This document shows positions 19,322 to 30,519 of a DNA stretch of 64,000 nt, piece after piece. The position numbers were made by a program, and so were the translations under genes. This DNA is from an uncultured virus (IMG/VR IMGVR_UViG_2540341129_000004) (taxonomy: Duplodnaviria; Heunggongvirae; Uroviricota; Caudoviricetes), in IMG/VR virus record IMGVR_UViG_2540341129_000004. One strand, given 5' to 3'. The notes beneath the pieces were generated by a model. It searched no databases and was not told the origin of the DNA. It worked only from the letters and a program-made list of their open reading frames with translations. Each line of letters opens with the position of its first letter. Position 1 is the first letter of the stretch.

Positions 19322-20119
19322 ATGGCAGAAACTAAGGCGAACACAAACACAAAGATTCACGTATTGACTGATGAAACACTTGGCGACATCAAGCGGGAAT
19401 ACATCGAGGTCGATCGGAAGGCGGAAGTAGGCGAGAGAATTATCCTCAGAGATGATGATGAGATAGGTACGTTTCTCGGAAGCAATTCAAGTTTTGTTTA
19501 CTTAGATTTAGGAGGCTATAGGAACGGAGTTGCTTGCGATCCAGCCTGTTGCCGTGTACTCGAACCGACCGACATCGTTCACATTGACGGTCGACGTTAC
19601 GAAATGGTCGAACGTGAGGGGGAAGTAGGCGATAAAGTTATTCATGTTTATAAAGGAGAGTCGAATGGCATTGTCCGAGTTGTTCGCAAAGTCGCCGACG
19701 ATGGAGTGGATGTTGATACATTCGAAGATGAGGGAGAATTATATAGCGGTTTTTATCATGGACATTATTACGTTCTCGTCCCACTAGATATACAAGAGAA
19801 GACCCTTGAAAATAAAAATAGTGTATACAAAGAGGTCAAAAACTACATACATAATGAATTAGGTATTTCAAGGCAAGACATACAAGAAATGATTAGTATT
19901 GCGGTTTCTAATGAAGTTCAGAAGATGTCTGAGTCAGGAAAACTGGATAGAATTGCGGGAGAGAAGATTGAATCACTTATTGAAGAAGGTTTTAGGGACG
20001 GAAGTCGATTGCTTTATGGATTTAAAGAAAGAGTATCAGAAACAGTTTCCGAAGAAGTAGGTAAACGAATTGCAAACGTTTTAAATATTAATGTGGAATT
20101 AAAGGAGGAAGGGAATTGA
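19322..20119 (+). CDS. Chimeric phage protein with two internal SH3-like repeats
   Basis: REYIEVDRKAEVGERII and RRYEMVEREGEVGDKVI; GC-richer 5' part. Confidence 0.65.
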   Translation: MAETKANTNTKIHVLTDETLGDIKREYIEVDRKAEVGERIILRDDDEIGTFLGSNSSFVYLDLGGYRNGVACDPACCRVLEPTDIVHIDGRRYEMVEREGEVGDKVIHVYKGESNGIVRVVRKVADDGVDVDTFEDEGELYSGFYHGHYYVLVPLDIQEKTLENKNSVYKEVKNYIHNELGISRQDIQEMISIAVSNEVQKMSESGKLDRIAGEKIESLIEEGFRDGSRLLYGFKERVSETVSEEVGKRIANVLNINVELKEEGN

Positions 20120-20280
20120 CCAAGAACGAACGGGAAGGTTATTTAAACAGACTTGCTGAATACGGATTAATAGAAGAAGAGAAAATGACGAATATTTTAA
20201 ATTGTTTTGTGGGCTACGATATTTGGTGATTATTATGGAATCAAAATAAAATAGTTATTTTATTTAAAAGGAGAGAACAG

Positions 20281-20646
20281 ATGAATTTTCAACGAGAGTA
20301 CTTAGGATATTGCATAAATAATACTGCTGACATGCTCTGGTTGTGGTATGACTATCACACTGAAATCTTTGACAGGTCTTTACCATACACGGTAGCAGCT
20401 CCAGATGATGAAACTACAGCAATTCCAACCCGGTTCCCATATACAAGTTGGTCTAATAATAATGCACAAAAACTGTTAAACGATATTTATTGGATCGCTA
20501 ATGCTCATGGAGTATCTGCAGAAGAAATGTTTCGAGCGAAAATGAGCGAAGTTAGAGGGAAAAGCAGTTCACAGGATCGGATTGATTTGTTTTTAAAATT
20601 AGATAAAAAAGGGCAATTTGAATTTATAAAAGATGTGAACAATTAA
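20281..20646 (+). CDS. Hypothetical protein
   Basis: SD AAAGGAG. Confidence 0.65.
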   Translation: MNFQREYLGYCINNTADMLWLWYDYHTEIFDRSLPYTVAAPDDETTAIPTRFPYTSWSNNNAQKLLNDIYWIANAHGVSAEEMFRAKMSEVRGKSSSQDRIDLFLKLDKKGQFEFIKDVNN

Positions 20647-20757
20647 ATCACTAAAGATCTTATTCAACAGCAAATAAATTTCAAACTAATTGATTCTTGT
20701 ACTAAATTTTCATTGAGATTAATTAACTTTGAGCTAAGGAATTATGTAACGGAGAGA

Positions 20758-21570
20758 TTAGACTCTCCAGGATTCGAAGGAAGGTATGCGGAGTTTACCA
20801 TGCTTAGTCTTAAATCTGTGCTTAACCTTACATAAGATCGGTTCTACAAATACATATTCATCAGTTTCATACTTTACATGTTTTATAGAGTGGAACTTAC
20901 TTCGTTCCGCATTCGGCATGAATTCCATAAAACCAGCTGCAGTACCATCAGGATAAGACAGAAGAAATTTTATATCCTCTTTGGTGTAGCCAGTGATAAG
21001 CACATCTGTGTAATCATAATTAATCACTTTCAGCCAGCTATGGGAACGTTTATTGATTTCATAAGGGGAGTTAGCTTTCTTTAGTACGATTCCTTCAAGA
21101 TGCTTTTCTTTGGCCAGATTGAAGTAAGCTAATCCGTTTCCTTGCAGGCCTTCGATCACAAAGACATTATCGTGGTCAAGATTAAGGTCTAAAAGTATGC
21201 TCTTACGTTCCGTGAGCGGCTTATTAGCGACTGAATGTCCATCAATATAAACTACATCGAATACACAGTAAACCACCTTATGAGCTGATTTCTTAGACAT
21301 AAAGCGTTCCATTACAGCTTCAAAATCAGGGGCGCCGCCTGGGGCAGCTACAATGATTTCACCGTCTAAAACAGTTCCATTGGGTATATCAAGATCCAAC
21401 AGTTCTGGGAACTTGCTTGTTACCTCATTGTTGTGACGAGTATAAAGCTTTATCTGATCATTAAACTTGGAGAGGATCAGTCTAATTCCATCAAACTTCA
21501 GCTCGGTAATATAATCATCGTCATCAAATGGTTCTTTGATTGAATGCAATAACATTGGCGATACAAACAA
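20758..21570 (-). CDS. ligB: ATP-dependent DNA ligase
   Basis: ELKFDGIR, LDGEI, FDV, EGIVLK, WLKV motifs; 270 aa. Confidence 0.93.
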   Translation of the reverse strand: MFVSPMLLHSIKEPFDDDDYITELKFDGIRLILSKFNDQIKLYTRHNNEVTSKFPELLDLDIPNGTVLDGEIIVAAPGGAPDFEAVMERFMSKKSAHKVVYCVFDVVYIDGHSVANKPLTERKSILLDLNLDHDNVFVIEGLQGNGLAYFNLAKEKHLEGIVLKKANSPYEINKRSHSWLKVINYDYTDVLITGYTKEDIKFLLSYPDGTAAGFMEFMPNAERSKFHSIKHVKYETDEYVFVEPILCKVKHRFKTKHGKLRIPSFESWRV

Positions 21571-21639
21571 AATATCACCTCCTACTTAGAACATAATAGC
21601 TAAGCGAAGGTGATATATAAAGCAGAATGACTGTGGTAC

Positions 21640-22314
21640 TTAATGGGATTCAATCAGTTCCGGTGAGTTGTTTTTAGGTGAGTTAACTAAGGATGAAACT
21701 TGATAAGCTTCCATGTCATCAGAGTCATACGGCAGCAGAAGACTTTGAAGATAATTCGGATCGGTGTTTTTGGGATTTAGCCATTCCTTTTCATTCTCAT
21801 CAGTAAGAATAACAGGCATACGATCATGTATGTCCTCCATAAGCTCATTGGGCTTTGTAGTAATGATTGTACAGGTGAATAACGAATTGCCTTCTGGTGT
21901 ATTCCACTTTTCATATAAGCCGGCAAACGCAAAGAGATTGGAGGATTTTAGCTTAATCCGCATAGGAATCTTAGTCTTCGGATCAAGACGTTTCCATTCA
22001 TAAAAACTGTCTGCAGGGATAATGCAGCGTTTGCTTACAAGCGGCTTTCTGAAGCTTGCTTTTTCAGCCAATGTTTCAGCGCGAGCATTAATCATTTTAT
22101 AGCCGATCTTTTTATCCTTAGCCCAAGGAGGAATAAGCCCCCATCTAAGCTTACCCAGGCGGTTGTTTGATCCATCATTAATAATTGTCAGGATGTTTTG
22201 TGATGGAGCGACATTATAGCTTGGATAGTATTCGTCTTCAGACAAAAATTGATCTATATTGAACTGTTCGATGATGTCGTCAAACTCAGAAAATAAAGTG
22301 AACCTGCCACACAT
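21640..22314 (-). CDS. yoqW: SRAP (YedK/HMCES) abasic-site protein
   Basis: MCGRF N-terminus, NARAET, HDRMP. Confidence 0.93.
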   Translation of the reverse strand: MCGRFTLFSEFDDIIEQFNIDQFLSEDEYYPSYNVAPSQNILTIINDGSNNRLGKLRWGLIPPWAKDKKIGYKMINARAETLAEKASFRKPLVSKRCIIPADSFYEWKRLDPKTKIPMRIKLKSSNLFAFAGLYEKWNTPEGNSLFTCTIITTKPNELMEDIHDRMPVILTDENEKEWLNPKNTDPNYLQSLLLPYDSDDMEAYQVSSLVNSPKNNSPELIESH

Positions 22315-22382
22315 GTTCAGCATCCTTTAGGGTTTTTTGAATATTGTACAGGCTTGATACACGAAAATCAAAAAGGAGGAAT

Positions 22383-22601
22383 GTGATGCAACGGCAAACA
22401 GTTGAGGTTAAAGAAGTTGAAGTGTTGATCAGAGGCATATGGACAAAGAAGAAGTTTACGGATATCCAAAAGGGACAAACATTTAAGATTGAGGAAAATG
22501 GGAAAGCCAAGAAATACATAGCAAGAACAGATCCCTATTGGGATGAGATGTACGAAGCCTACATAATTGATTTATTTGATAAAAATAAAATAAGTGCATG
22601 A
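22383..22601 (+). CDS. YoqX-like hypothetical protein
   Basis: Divergent from yoqW; SD AAAGGAGG. Confidence 0.65.
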   Translation: MMQRQTVEVKEVEVLIRGIWTKKKFTDIQKGQTFKIEENGKAKKYIARTDPYWDEMYEAYIIDLFDKNKISA

Positions 22602-22837
22602 GAATCAGAGAGGACAGATAGCATCGATGAAGATAAAACAGAGATTTTATAAAGATAAAAGCAAATTGATTATGGAGGTAGCAGAATGAGATACAAAGCG
22701 AAAGTGAAAGCGGTAGCCGAAATGGAAGTATGGGTACATGAAGATGCCGCGGGAAATATCGAAATAGAATACGTTGAATATGTGGATGACATAGAGGATT
22801 TTGAAAATGTTAGACCAATGGACGGGAGGTAAGGGGA

Positions 22838-23308
22838 ATGAGGGAAATTAAGTTCAGAGGAATGGGTATTAACGGTGAATGGTATTACGGCAATATATCA
22901 ATCATCAAACAAAGAATCAAGAGCATGGGCATTGATCCTGGTTCTTATATCTCTAATAAAGCTGGTGTTCCATTTGCTTACAAAGTGAGGCCGGAAACAG
23001 TTGGGCAATTCACCGGATTGAAGGATAAGAACGGCCGGGATATTTATGAAGGGGATATACTTCGTGTATGGGAAGAGAATGAACATGTTCCAAATCGTGA
23101 TAGTGGTGGCGGCATTATCGACTTTGACAAAATCGAAGGGTTTTCACAGTTAGGAGTAGTCGACTTCAAGAGTGCTTGGTTTACTTATGAAACTAAAAAA
23201 CATCAAAAAGAACGAGAAGAAGATATCTTTGCACCATTAGATTTTACTAATAACTATGAAGTCACTGGGAACATCTATGAAGATTCAGAGCTTATAAAAT
23301 CTAAATAA
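22838..23308 (+). CDS. YopX-family protein
   Basis: MREIKFRG...GQFTGLKDKNG..IYEGDI...EVTGNIYE. Confidence 0.9.
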   Translation: MREIKFRGMGINGEWYYGNISIIKQRIKSMGIDPGSYISNKAGVPFAYKVRPETVGQFTGLKDKNGRDIYEGDILRVWEENEHVPNRDSGGGIIDFDKIEGFSQLGVVDFKSAWFTYETKKHQKEREEDIFAPLDFTNNYEVTGNIYEDSELIKSK

Positions 23309-23569
23309 AAACGATATTTTACAGAAAGAGGATGAATAAAAATGTTTACTTGTTTCTGCAACGAATGTGAAAAAGTAATTGAAAAAGATGAAGTTGATTT
23401 AGTAGAAGTCCCTTGGGAAGGAGATTGGGAACACGTGCATTTAAAATGCGGTAGCATTGTGTCTTGGATTTAACTTGTATGTCTAATTTAAGGGGGTGAT
23501 AACAATGTGAGTTACCTATGTGATTTGAGTTTTAAGAATAAAACAAAAATAAAAAGGAGTGGTTATTAA

Positions 23570-24394
23570 TTGTTACGGATTAAAAACAGAATAGAGGAAT
23601 TGCTAAAAAAGACTAAAGGAGCAGAAAAGAGAGACTTTGGACGGTACACTCTAATCTGCCCACCTCACCGCGAAGTGAAGCTATTAAAGTATAACACAGT
23701 TAAGAAGACTTTTCCAATCTTGGTGACAGCTTTGGTTTCATTCCTGAATCCAGTGAGTATTTTAGCAGCGGACAAGTATCGGAACTTTGAAGAGCTTAAA
23801 GCGAATGAATCACCGTTCAATTTTAGTGTGTTCTCAAAAGAGCAAGACACTGATGTATTAATTCTTGCTCCCCATGGAGGTGGCATAGAAGGGGGGACAA
23901 GCGAGCTTGCAAAGGAATTAAGCGAAACATACTCTACATATCTTTTTGAAGCTTTAAAGACACCAGGAGCATTTGATTTACATTTAACCAGTACGAATTT
24001 TGATGAACCACAAGCACTTGAAATGTTGAAGGGACATGAGTTCACACTGTCACTTCATGGCTACGCAAGTAATGAGGAACATGTTTTAGTTGGCGGCACA
24101 GATCGGAACAAAGCTGAAGCGATAACAAGAACATTAAATAATGCCGGGTACTCTGCAGAGCTTCTTGATGAGGGGACGAGGTTATCCGGTAGCAGTCCAA
24201 ATAATGTTGCCAATAAAAATAAATCAGGAAAGAGCATTCAACTGGAATTGAGCACTGGACTGCGCAAATCAATGTTTAACACCTTTTCTCTAAAAGGACG
24301 CTCAGACACAAGAAACGAGAACTTTTATAACTTTATTGATACTCTGTCAGGGTTTCTCAATGAAAATGTTGAAGGGAAGGGTTTGACAACATGA
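23570..24394 (+). CDS. yoqZ: Poly-gamma-glutamate hydrolase (PghP family)
   Basis: APHGGGIEGGTSE, HLTSTNFDEP, SLHG, QLELS; 274 aa. Confidence 0.88.
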   Translation: MLRIKNRIEELLKKTKGAEKRDFGRYTLICPPHREVKLLKYNTVKKTFPILVTALVSFLNPVSILAADKYRNFEELKANESPFNFSVFSKEQDTDVLILAPHGGGIEGGTSELAKELSETYSTYLFEALKTPGAFDLHLTSTNFDEPQALEMLKGHEFTLSLHGYASNEEHVLVGGTDRNKAEAITRTLNNAGYSAELLDEGTRLSGSSPNNVANKNKSGKSIQLELSTGLRKSMFNTFSLKGRSDTRNENFYNFIDTLSGFLNENVEGKGLTT

Positions 24395-26136
24395 ACATGC
24401 AGCAGCCCTTATACTATTTTGTTGATGCTCTGGATTGGGGAATTGATGATAAAGGGTCAAATGCAATTGAAACAACAGAAGGATTAAACCGAGCTTTAGA
24501 ATACGCAAGCTCAAAATCATTTTATAAAGTACATATTCCAAAAGGTATCTATTTGATCGATGCTGTGAATACGACAAAGCGGTTACCTGAATTCGGTGGA
24601 GGTATCAACGTTCCTTCGAATATTGAGCTAATACTTCATCCAGAGGCTATATTTAAAGTGCAGCCAAATGATTATCAAGGTTACTCCTGTTTTTATATCG
24701 GCCAAGCAAGTAATGTTACGATTCGTGGCGGTCAAATTATTGGGGATCGACATGAGCATGATTATTCAAAAATTACCTCAATTAAGAAGACGCATGAATG
24801 GGGCTTTGGTATCCATGTTAATGGAAGTAGCAATGTGCTAATTGAAAATGTACAAGTTTCTGACTGTATTGGAGACAACATTTGGATAGCGGCTGATGGA
24901 ATGATGAACACTTCAGGAACATATACGCCTTCAAAGAATGTAACCGTTCGAAAGTGTACGCTTTTAAGAGGAAGAAGAAATAATCTGGCTACCAATGGTT
25001 GTGAAGGTCTTCTTGTCGATGACTGTGATATAGAGGAGGCTGGTGGAGGTACAATTGGGCCACAATTAGGAATTGATTTAGAGGGCTTTGGAGAAAACGG
25101 AATTAAATACGATCACCCGTATAAATTAACTGTTCGAAACTGCAGGTTTAAAAACAATGGACGTGGATCCGTTACTGCTCACACAAGCGGTAAGGTAATT
25201 ATTGAAGGAAACTACAGTGACCATGTTATTTCCTATGGATATAGCACGGATGTCAGTATCAAAAATAACAAGATCATCAATGAAAATGAAATTAAGACAT
25301 ATGGGGTTGACTCGGTAGGTGTTTCAAGTACGGAGTCTGGAAATAGAGTTCAAATTGATGGCAATACGATCAGCGGCTTTGAAGTGGGCATTTGTGTAAG
25401 AGGAAAGGGTGGCACAGTATCAAATAATACTTTTGAAAAAATAAAAGCATGCCCTATTGCAACACATCAAGCAGAGGACTTTTTAATTACGGACAACAGG
25501 ATAGAAAACAGTGATTGTGTTCAAGTCCAGGTTAGAAACTCAAATGATATTAAGGTTGTGAATACCAAAGGAAAAGGAACGAGCTCATCATATGCTGCAA
25601 AGATAATGGATTCTACCCGAATCAGTCTCGTTAATAATGAGTTTGCTAATGTATACGGTGGAATTTATTGCGAAAGGTCTCAGTCAGTTCGTTTAAAGGG
25701 AAATGACTTGTTGTTAAGTGGGAGTGGGTACGGCATCTTTTGGGATAAAGACTCTTCTGTCTCACTACATCGAAATGAAATTCATGAGCCTAGGAATGTT
25801 GCAATTAAAGGCACTCCTGAGAAATACAGTTGCCAGATTAGTGAGAATCAGATTTATTTCTGTAAATCATTGATCGCTATTCAACTGACTGGTGGCTCAG
25901 AACACATTTTAAAGGATAATGAGATAATGTTTAATCGTTCAGTAGACCAAGGATACGGCGTTTATTTGGAGAATACAGACAAGGTACGTCTCGTAAGGAA
26001 CGATGTGCGCGGAATTGGAGGCAAGTTATTATCCCACCCTTATTGCACAGATAAAGCAAAGAATACAACCTTAATCCATAACACATATGATAGTGGAACG
26101 CTGAAGACTGCAGAAGGAGATATTGTAGTCATTTAA
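24391..26136 (+). CDS. yorA: Right-handed parallel beta-helix (pectate-lyase-like) protein
   Basis: IPKGIYLI N-terminal motif and repeated beta-helix units; synteny. Confidence 0.8.
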   Translation: MNMQQPLYYFVDALDWGIDDKGSNAIETTEGLNRALEYASSKSFYKVHIPKGIYLIDAVNTTKRLPEFGGGINVPSNIELILHPEAIFKVQPNDYQGYSCFYIGQASNVTIRGGQIIGDRHEHDYSKITSIKKTHEWGFGIHVNGSSNVLIENVQVSDCIGDNIWIAADGMMNTSGTYTPSKNVTVRKCTLLRGRRNNLATNGCEGLLVDDCDIEEAGGGTIGPQLGIDLEGFGENGIKYDHPYKLTVRNCRFKNNGRGSVTAHTSGKVIIEGNYSDHVISYGYSTDVSIKNNKIINENEIKTYGVDSVGVSSTESGNRVQIDGNTISGFEVGICVRGKGGTVSNNTFEKIKACPIATHQAEDFLITDNRIENSDCVQVQVRNSNDIKVVNTKGKGTSSSYAAKIMDSTRISLVNNEFANVYGGIYCERSQSVRLKGNDLLLSGSGYGIFWDKDSSVSLHRNEIHEPRNVAIKGTPEKYSCQISENQIYFCKSLIAIQLTGGSEHILKDNEIMFNRSVDQGYGVYLENTDKVRLVRNDVRGIGGKLLSHPYCTDKAKNTTLIHNTYDSGTLKTAEGDIVVI

Positions 26137-26210
26137 GGCTACGTAAAGCTTTAATATCTTATTATTAAGAAATTTGAGATATAATAAAGATGTAATTACA
26201 AAGAAGGGGA

Positions 26211-26615
26211 TTGATAAAAATGGAAAAACGAAAAATACAAGGATTGTTAAGTTTTGAAATTGTTAAGAAAAAAGACGGCTTATTAGGTGAATTGAAATCA
26301 GCTTTAAAAGAACTATTTAAAACGTATATTGAAACCACTCCGATTAAAATTGAAAAATTAGAATTTGAAGAAAAGGATAATGAAATCAGAGTTGAATATG
26401 AGTTCACAAATGTAATCTTCCATTATAAACATCATTTTAGTGATGACAAATTCCGTGAAAGAACATCAACAGAAAATAATGCAGAGTTTGGACGAGCCAT
26501 ATTTGAATTTTATACCAAACTTCTAGTAGAGAGCTTTTTCAAAGACTATTTGAAGGTTTCAACAAGACATACAGAAATAACATTTTTTAAATTTAAAGGA
26601 TACGAAACGATTTAG
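26211..26615 (+). CDS. Hypothetical protein
   Basis: ORF followed by hairpin at 26624-26659. Confidence 0.6.
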   Translation: MIKMEKRKIQGLLSFEIVKKKDGLLGELKSALKELFKTYIETTPIKIEKLEFEEKDNEIRVEYEFTNVIFHYKHHFSDDKFRERTSTENNAEFGRAIFEFYTKLLVESFFKDYLKVSTRHTEITFFKFKGYETI

Positions 26616-26706
26616 ATAAACAAAAAGTTGACAGGGCTTAACCAGCTTTGTCAACTTTATTAGATTAAATAAAATTGTAGTTTTAACAAGATTGGGAGAT
26701 GGATAT

Positions 26707-27084
26707 ATGGCCAATATTTTAAGTAAAGAACAAGATGAAGCAATCCGGTATTTCAAGAACAAACTGAGCTTATCTGAAAAACTGTACATATCCCTAATTA
26801 ATTTTAATTTGCTTAGAGATAAACACGAAGAGTTTGGTAATAGACTATATGAGCTTTATAAGGTTGATCCCTATCTGTATATCAAAGCGCTCAAAGAAGG
26901 TTACGTGGTTGATCAGCCAATTGAATTTAATGAAGCAATTGTGCGGTTCTATGATGGTGAAGAACTTGCTGTAATTCATAAGACCACTGGGAAGAGATAT
27001 AATGTGAATATAAAAATGAAAAAGCTTCCTGACGGTTTTACGCTACAAACAATGAACATGTGGTCATGGAGTGAAGTTGTTTAA
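26707..27084 (+). CDS. YorC-like hypothetical protein
   Basis: ORF, synteny. Confidence 0.6.
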   Translation: MANILSKEQDEAIRYFKNKLSLSEKLYISLINFNLLRDKHEEFGNRLYELYKVDPYLYIKALKEGYVVDQPIEFNEAIVRFYDGEELAVIHKTTGKRYNVNIKMKKLPDGFTLQTMNMWSWSEVV

Positions 27085-27189
27085 TTTTATGAATTTTCAC
27101 TTGTTTTGATTTGTTATGTCGTAAAGTGGGTACAATTAAGGATTAGCAGGAAAAGGATATCTCATAATAATGCTAAGGAGGTGTTTAAT

Positions 27190-27357
27190 GTGTTGGTGTA
27201 TGAATATGGCAGAACGAAGCAAGAAGCTCTGTCTAACCTGTGTAGAAAAATGATCCGTGAGTACCCAGATGAAATTTTCACAACAGACTTTGCAAAAGTT
27301 TCTGATTACGGTAATGAAGGATCAGATAAGAGATACGTAGCTGAATTTCGGGTATAG
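27190..27357 (+). CDS. Hypothetical protein
   Basis: SD AAGGAGG; terminator-like hairpin at 27373-27398. Confidence 0.55.
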   Translation: MLVYEYGRTKQEALSNLCRKMIREYPDEIFTTDFAKVSDYGNEGSDKRYVAEFRV

Positions 27358-27532
27358 GATAGTTTGTTATACAGAAGCGCCTAAGCAAAGGTGCTTCTTA
27401 ACTCTCAATATCATTTTATAAAATTACACGCGTTATTGGGGGCGGAAAATAAGAAGATCAGTATTCAGAGGCAGCCTGTGCCGCAATTGATAAAGACACT
27501 CATTACAAGAGAGAACTGTTTATTATTTATTA

Positions 27533-27582
27533 GAATAAAAATAAAATAGTTATTGACCATTCCGTTTTGATGATGTAAGATT
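27533..27582 (+). promoter_or_regulatory. Replication-operon SigA promoter with SPBRE-like box
   Basis: GAATAAAAATAAAAT, then TTGACC and TAAGAT. Confidence 0.7.
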
Positions 27583-27614
27583 AAGTTATCCCAAAGAGAG
27601 AAAGGAGGAAAGAG

Positions 27615-27989
27615 ATGAAAAAGGAATTAAAGATACTGAAAGTATCTGCCGAAGCCTTACATACCTACAAAAATAATGTCAAAAGGAATTATGACATTGA
27701 CGAAGACCAAGCAAGAAGAAAATTAACCAGGAATGTAATGTTGGTAAAGGAATTTAAACCAAGAGGAATTAAAAGAGGTCTTTTTTCAAAAACATATTCA
27801 TATGGAAACTTAAAGATCACAATCCGGCATGGAACAGTAATAAGGATTGAAAATGTAAAAGGTGATCCTGAACCTTGGGACTTTCCAAAAAAGAGATACA
27901 TAGAATTAAACAAGCTACTTGGTATTAGGGATTGTAAGTTTAGTAGCAAGTCTCATTATAGGCATTTTAAGGATAAAAATAAAATATAA
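27615..27989 (+). CDS. yorE: YorE-like protein
   Basis: Size and synteny. Confidence 0.6.
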   Translation: MKKELKILKVSAEALHTYKNNVKRNYDIDEDQARRKLTRNVMLVKEFKPRGIKRGLFSKTYSYGNLKITIRHGTVIRIENVKGDPEPWDFPKKRYIELNKLLGIRDCKFSSKSHYRHFKDKNKI

Positions 27990-28016
27990 TTAAAAAGAAA
28001 GAGGTTGATTATTTAA

Positions 28017-28931
28017 ATGGAAGAAAATAAAACAGTATTACGTGAAGCATCAAATGTTGTAACTATTGAGGGGACACTTGCTGAGGTAAGACACACTGAG
28101 TGGAAAAGCGGCAAGGGGCTAAATATTGAATTAGACATTGAGGTTGCGCCAAATGAAGTACATACAGTGAAGGGCTTTTCAAAATATAAGAAAGCTGATG
28201 GGACAGATAATGCTATTGCCAAAGGTTATCAAACCATTATCAGTGATTATAAGTCCATTGCAGAACACGGGAGAGATCAAGCTGATAAAGTGAGAATTAC
28301 CCAAGGAAAGATTGGATTAAACGAATATTACTCACAAGGGATTTTAAAGGCGTATCCACAGTTAACGACTAACTTTGTAAATAGACTGGACGCCAATGAA
28401 GAATTCAATCCAAGAGCAGAATTTGATGTTGAGCTGTTTGTAAAGAATGTAATCGAAGAAAAAGTAAAAGGTGAAGAAACGGGCAGAGTTAATTTAAATG
28501 GTTATATTCCTTTATATGGTGGGAAAGTAATTCCGTTTGAATTTGTAGTCACAAAAGAAGGGTCTCATTACGTTGAAAATAATTATGAAAAAGGGTCTAC
28601 GGTTAACGTTTTTGGGAAGATTATTAACTTTAAAGAGCAAAAAGTAACGACCAAAACAGCAGCATTTGGCGAAGACAAGAAAGAAATCACTATCAATTCG
28701 AAAAGAGAGTACCTAATTACAGGTGGCAATGATCCATATGACGAGGATAGCAAGAATGCTTTTAATGCAGATGCAATTAAAAAAGCGCTGACTGAAAGAG
28801 AGATTTACCTAGATGAGCTTAAGAATGAAAGTGGCAATGAGAATAATAAAAAGTCTGGGTTTGGCGGAAGCGCTCCTAATAACAAGCCTTCAAAGCCGGT
28901 TGAAATTTCAGAGGATGACCTACCTTTTTAA
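28017..28931 (+). CDS. yorF: SSB-like protein with acidic DDLPF tail
   Basis: 304 aa; C-terminal EDDLPF SSB tail. Confidence 0.8.
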   Translation: MEENKTVLREASNVVTIEGTLAEVRHTEWKSGKGLNIELDIEVAPNEVHTVKGFSKYKKADGTDNAIAKGYQTIISDYKSIAEHGRDQADKVRITQGKIGLNEYYSQGILKAYPQLTTNFVNRLDANEEFNPRAEFDVELFVKNVIEEKVKGEETGRVNLNGYIPLYGGKVIPFEFVVTKEGSHYVENNYEKGSTVNVFGKIINFKEQKVTTKTAAFGEDKKEITINSKREYLITGGNDPYDEDSKNAFNADAIKKALTEREIYLDELKNESGNENNKKSGFGGSAPNNKPSKPVEISEDDLPF

Positions 28932-29020
28932 AGGAAAAAAATAAAATAACTAAACTAAAAAATACATAACTGGGGTGGGCTTTGACTCACCCATCAAATC
29001 ATAATTAAAGGAGAGTTTAA

Positions 29021-29992
29021 ATGACAATCGATATTTTCAATCCTCAAATTTCAGTAGTAGCACAAGGACTTGAAGGAAAAAAAATACTTGTTTACGGCAG
29101 TAACAACTTAGGAAAAACATATCAAGCTTCAAGAATGGAGAAGCCTTACTTCATCGCTTTTGAAAAAGGATTGGCAGCGAGAGATGGCATTCCGTTTTAC
29201 CCAATTAATCGATGGTCTGATTTTTCAAAAATTGTACGACAATTTGAGAAAAATGCAGAAAAAGCAAAAGAAATATATAAAACAATTGTAATTGATGGTG
29301 CAGATATTATGGCAAGATATTGCTCTAAATATATTTGTGATACATACGGTGTAAACAGACTAAAAGAAGGTAACAGTGGGTATGGATTGTGGTCTGAATA
29401 TGAAACTGAATTATGGGAACAAATTGATAAACTAATATCGCTTGATTTTACAATCGTGTTTATCACTCATGAAACTGAAGATGAAAATGGAAAGATACAG
29501 CCAAAAGGCGATAAGAGATTAATGCCAACCATTCGTGATAACTGTGAATTCACTATTTATCTTAAGTCGAATGGAGTAGATGAGAATGGCACTGTAATTA
29601 AGTCAAGCGCATACCTTGCTGAAACTGATGAATTCTTCGCTCGATCAAAATTTGACTATGTGCCAACCTTTATTGAGGAGTTTACAGCGGAAAATCTTAC
29701 AAAGGCTATTGTTGATGGGATTGTTAAACAAGGAGAAATGGAAGGCATTAAACTGGTAACTGAAGAAGAGAAAAAAGAAGTGTATTCCATTGGGGAAAAT
29801 AATTATGAAATGCTTATGGCTGAGATTAAGGAAGTCGGGATTCGCCTAAATGAAAAAGGCAAACTAGAGGAATTAAATGAAATAGTTGAAAAGCACTTAG
29901 GTAAAAATGCAAAAGTAACTGAATGCACTAAGAAACAAGTTGATGTAATGTCAGTTATTTTAGATGATCTTAAAGATCTTCTTGAGGATTAA
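29021..29992 (+). CDS. yorG: AAA-type (Sak4-like) ATPase / annealing protein
   Basis: Walker A GSNNLGKT, Walker B IVIDG, FITH. Confidence 0.8.
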   Translation: MTIDIFNPQISVVAQGLEGKKILVYGSNNLGKTYQASRMEKPYFIAFEKGLAARDGIPFYPINRWSDFSKIVRQFEKNAEKAKEIYKTIVIDGADIMARYCSKYICDTYGVNRLKEGNSGYGLWSEYETELWEQIDKLISLDFTIVFITHETEDENGKIQPKGDKRLMPTIRDNCEFTIYLKSNGVDENGTVIKSSAYLAETDEFFARSKFDYVPTFIEEFTAENLTKAIVDGIVKQGEMEGIKLVTEEEKKEVYSIGENNYEMLMAEIKEVGIRLNEKGKLEELNEIVEKHLGKNAKVTECTKKQVDVMSVILDDLKDLLED

Positions 29993-30034
29993 AAATGAGG
30001 GGGTCATCTCCCTCTCTTTATGAGAGGTGACTAA

Positions 30035-30505
30035 ATGGGGAGACAAGTCAAATGTCCATATTGTGAGACTAAATTAGATAAAGATTTGGCAATTCCTTAT
30101 AAAAAAAGATACTACCATGAACAGTGCTTCAACACGTGGAGACAAGAGGCAGACCATCGAAAAGAGTTACTTCATTACATATGCAACTTATATGGTCTTG
30201 CATCTCCAACCGGCATGATGTTAAAACAGATCAAAGAGTTTCAAGAGGATTATGGTTATAAGCTAAAAGGAATCGAGCTTGCGCTTAAGTACTTTTATGA
30301 AACACTGGAGAATCATCCAAGAGAAGGTGATGGCATTGGAATCGTCCCTTTTGTATATGACGAGGCTAAGCGACATTACATAAAACAAAAGGCAATCCAA
30401 AAATCAGCTGAAGACCCTAAGAATCACAAAAGAGAAGAAATCACGTTAATTATAAAAAAGGGATTGAGAAAGAAAAGGGGACTTGTTGACATCTCAACAT
30501 TATAG
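30035..30505 (+). CDS. yorH: Zn-finger protein, putative helicase loader
   Basis: CPYC...HEQC; located before the helicase. Confidence 0.7.
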   Translation: MGRQVKCPYCETKLDKDLAIPYKKRYYHEQCFNTWRQEADHRKELLHYICNLYGLASPTGMMLKQIKEFQEDYGYKLKGIELALKYFYETLENHPREGDGIGIVPFVYDEAKRHYIKQKAIQKSAEDPKNHKREEITLIIKKGLRKKRGLVDISTL

Positions 30506-30519
30506 GAAGGAGAGTCCAT

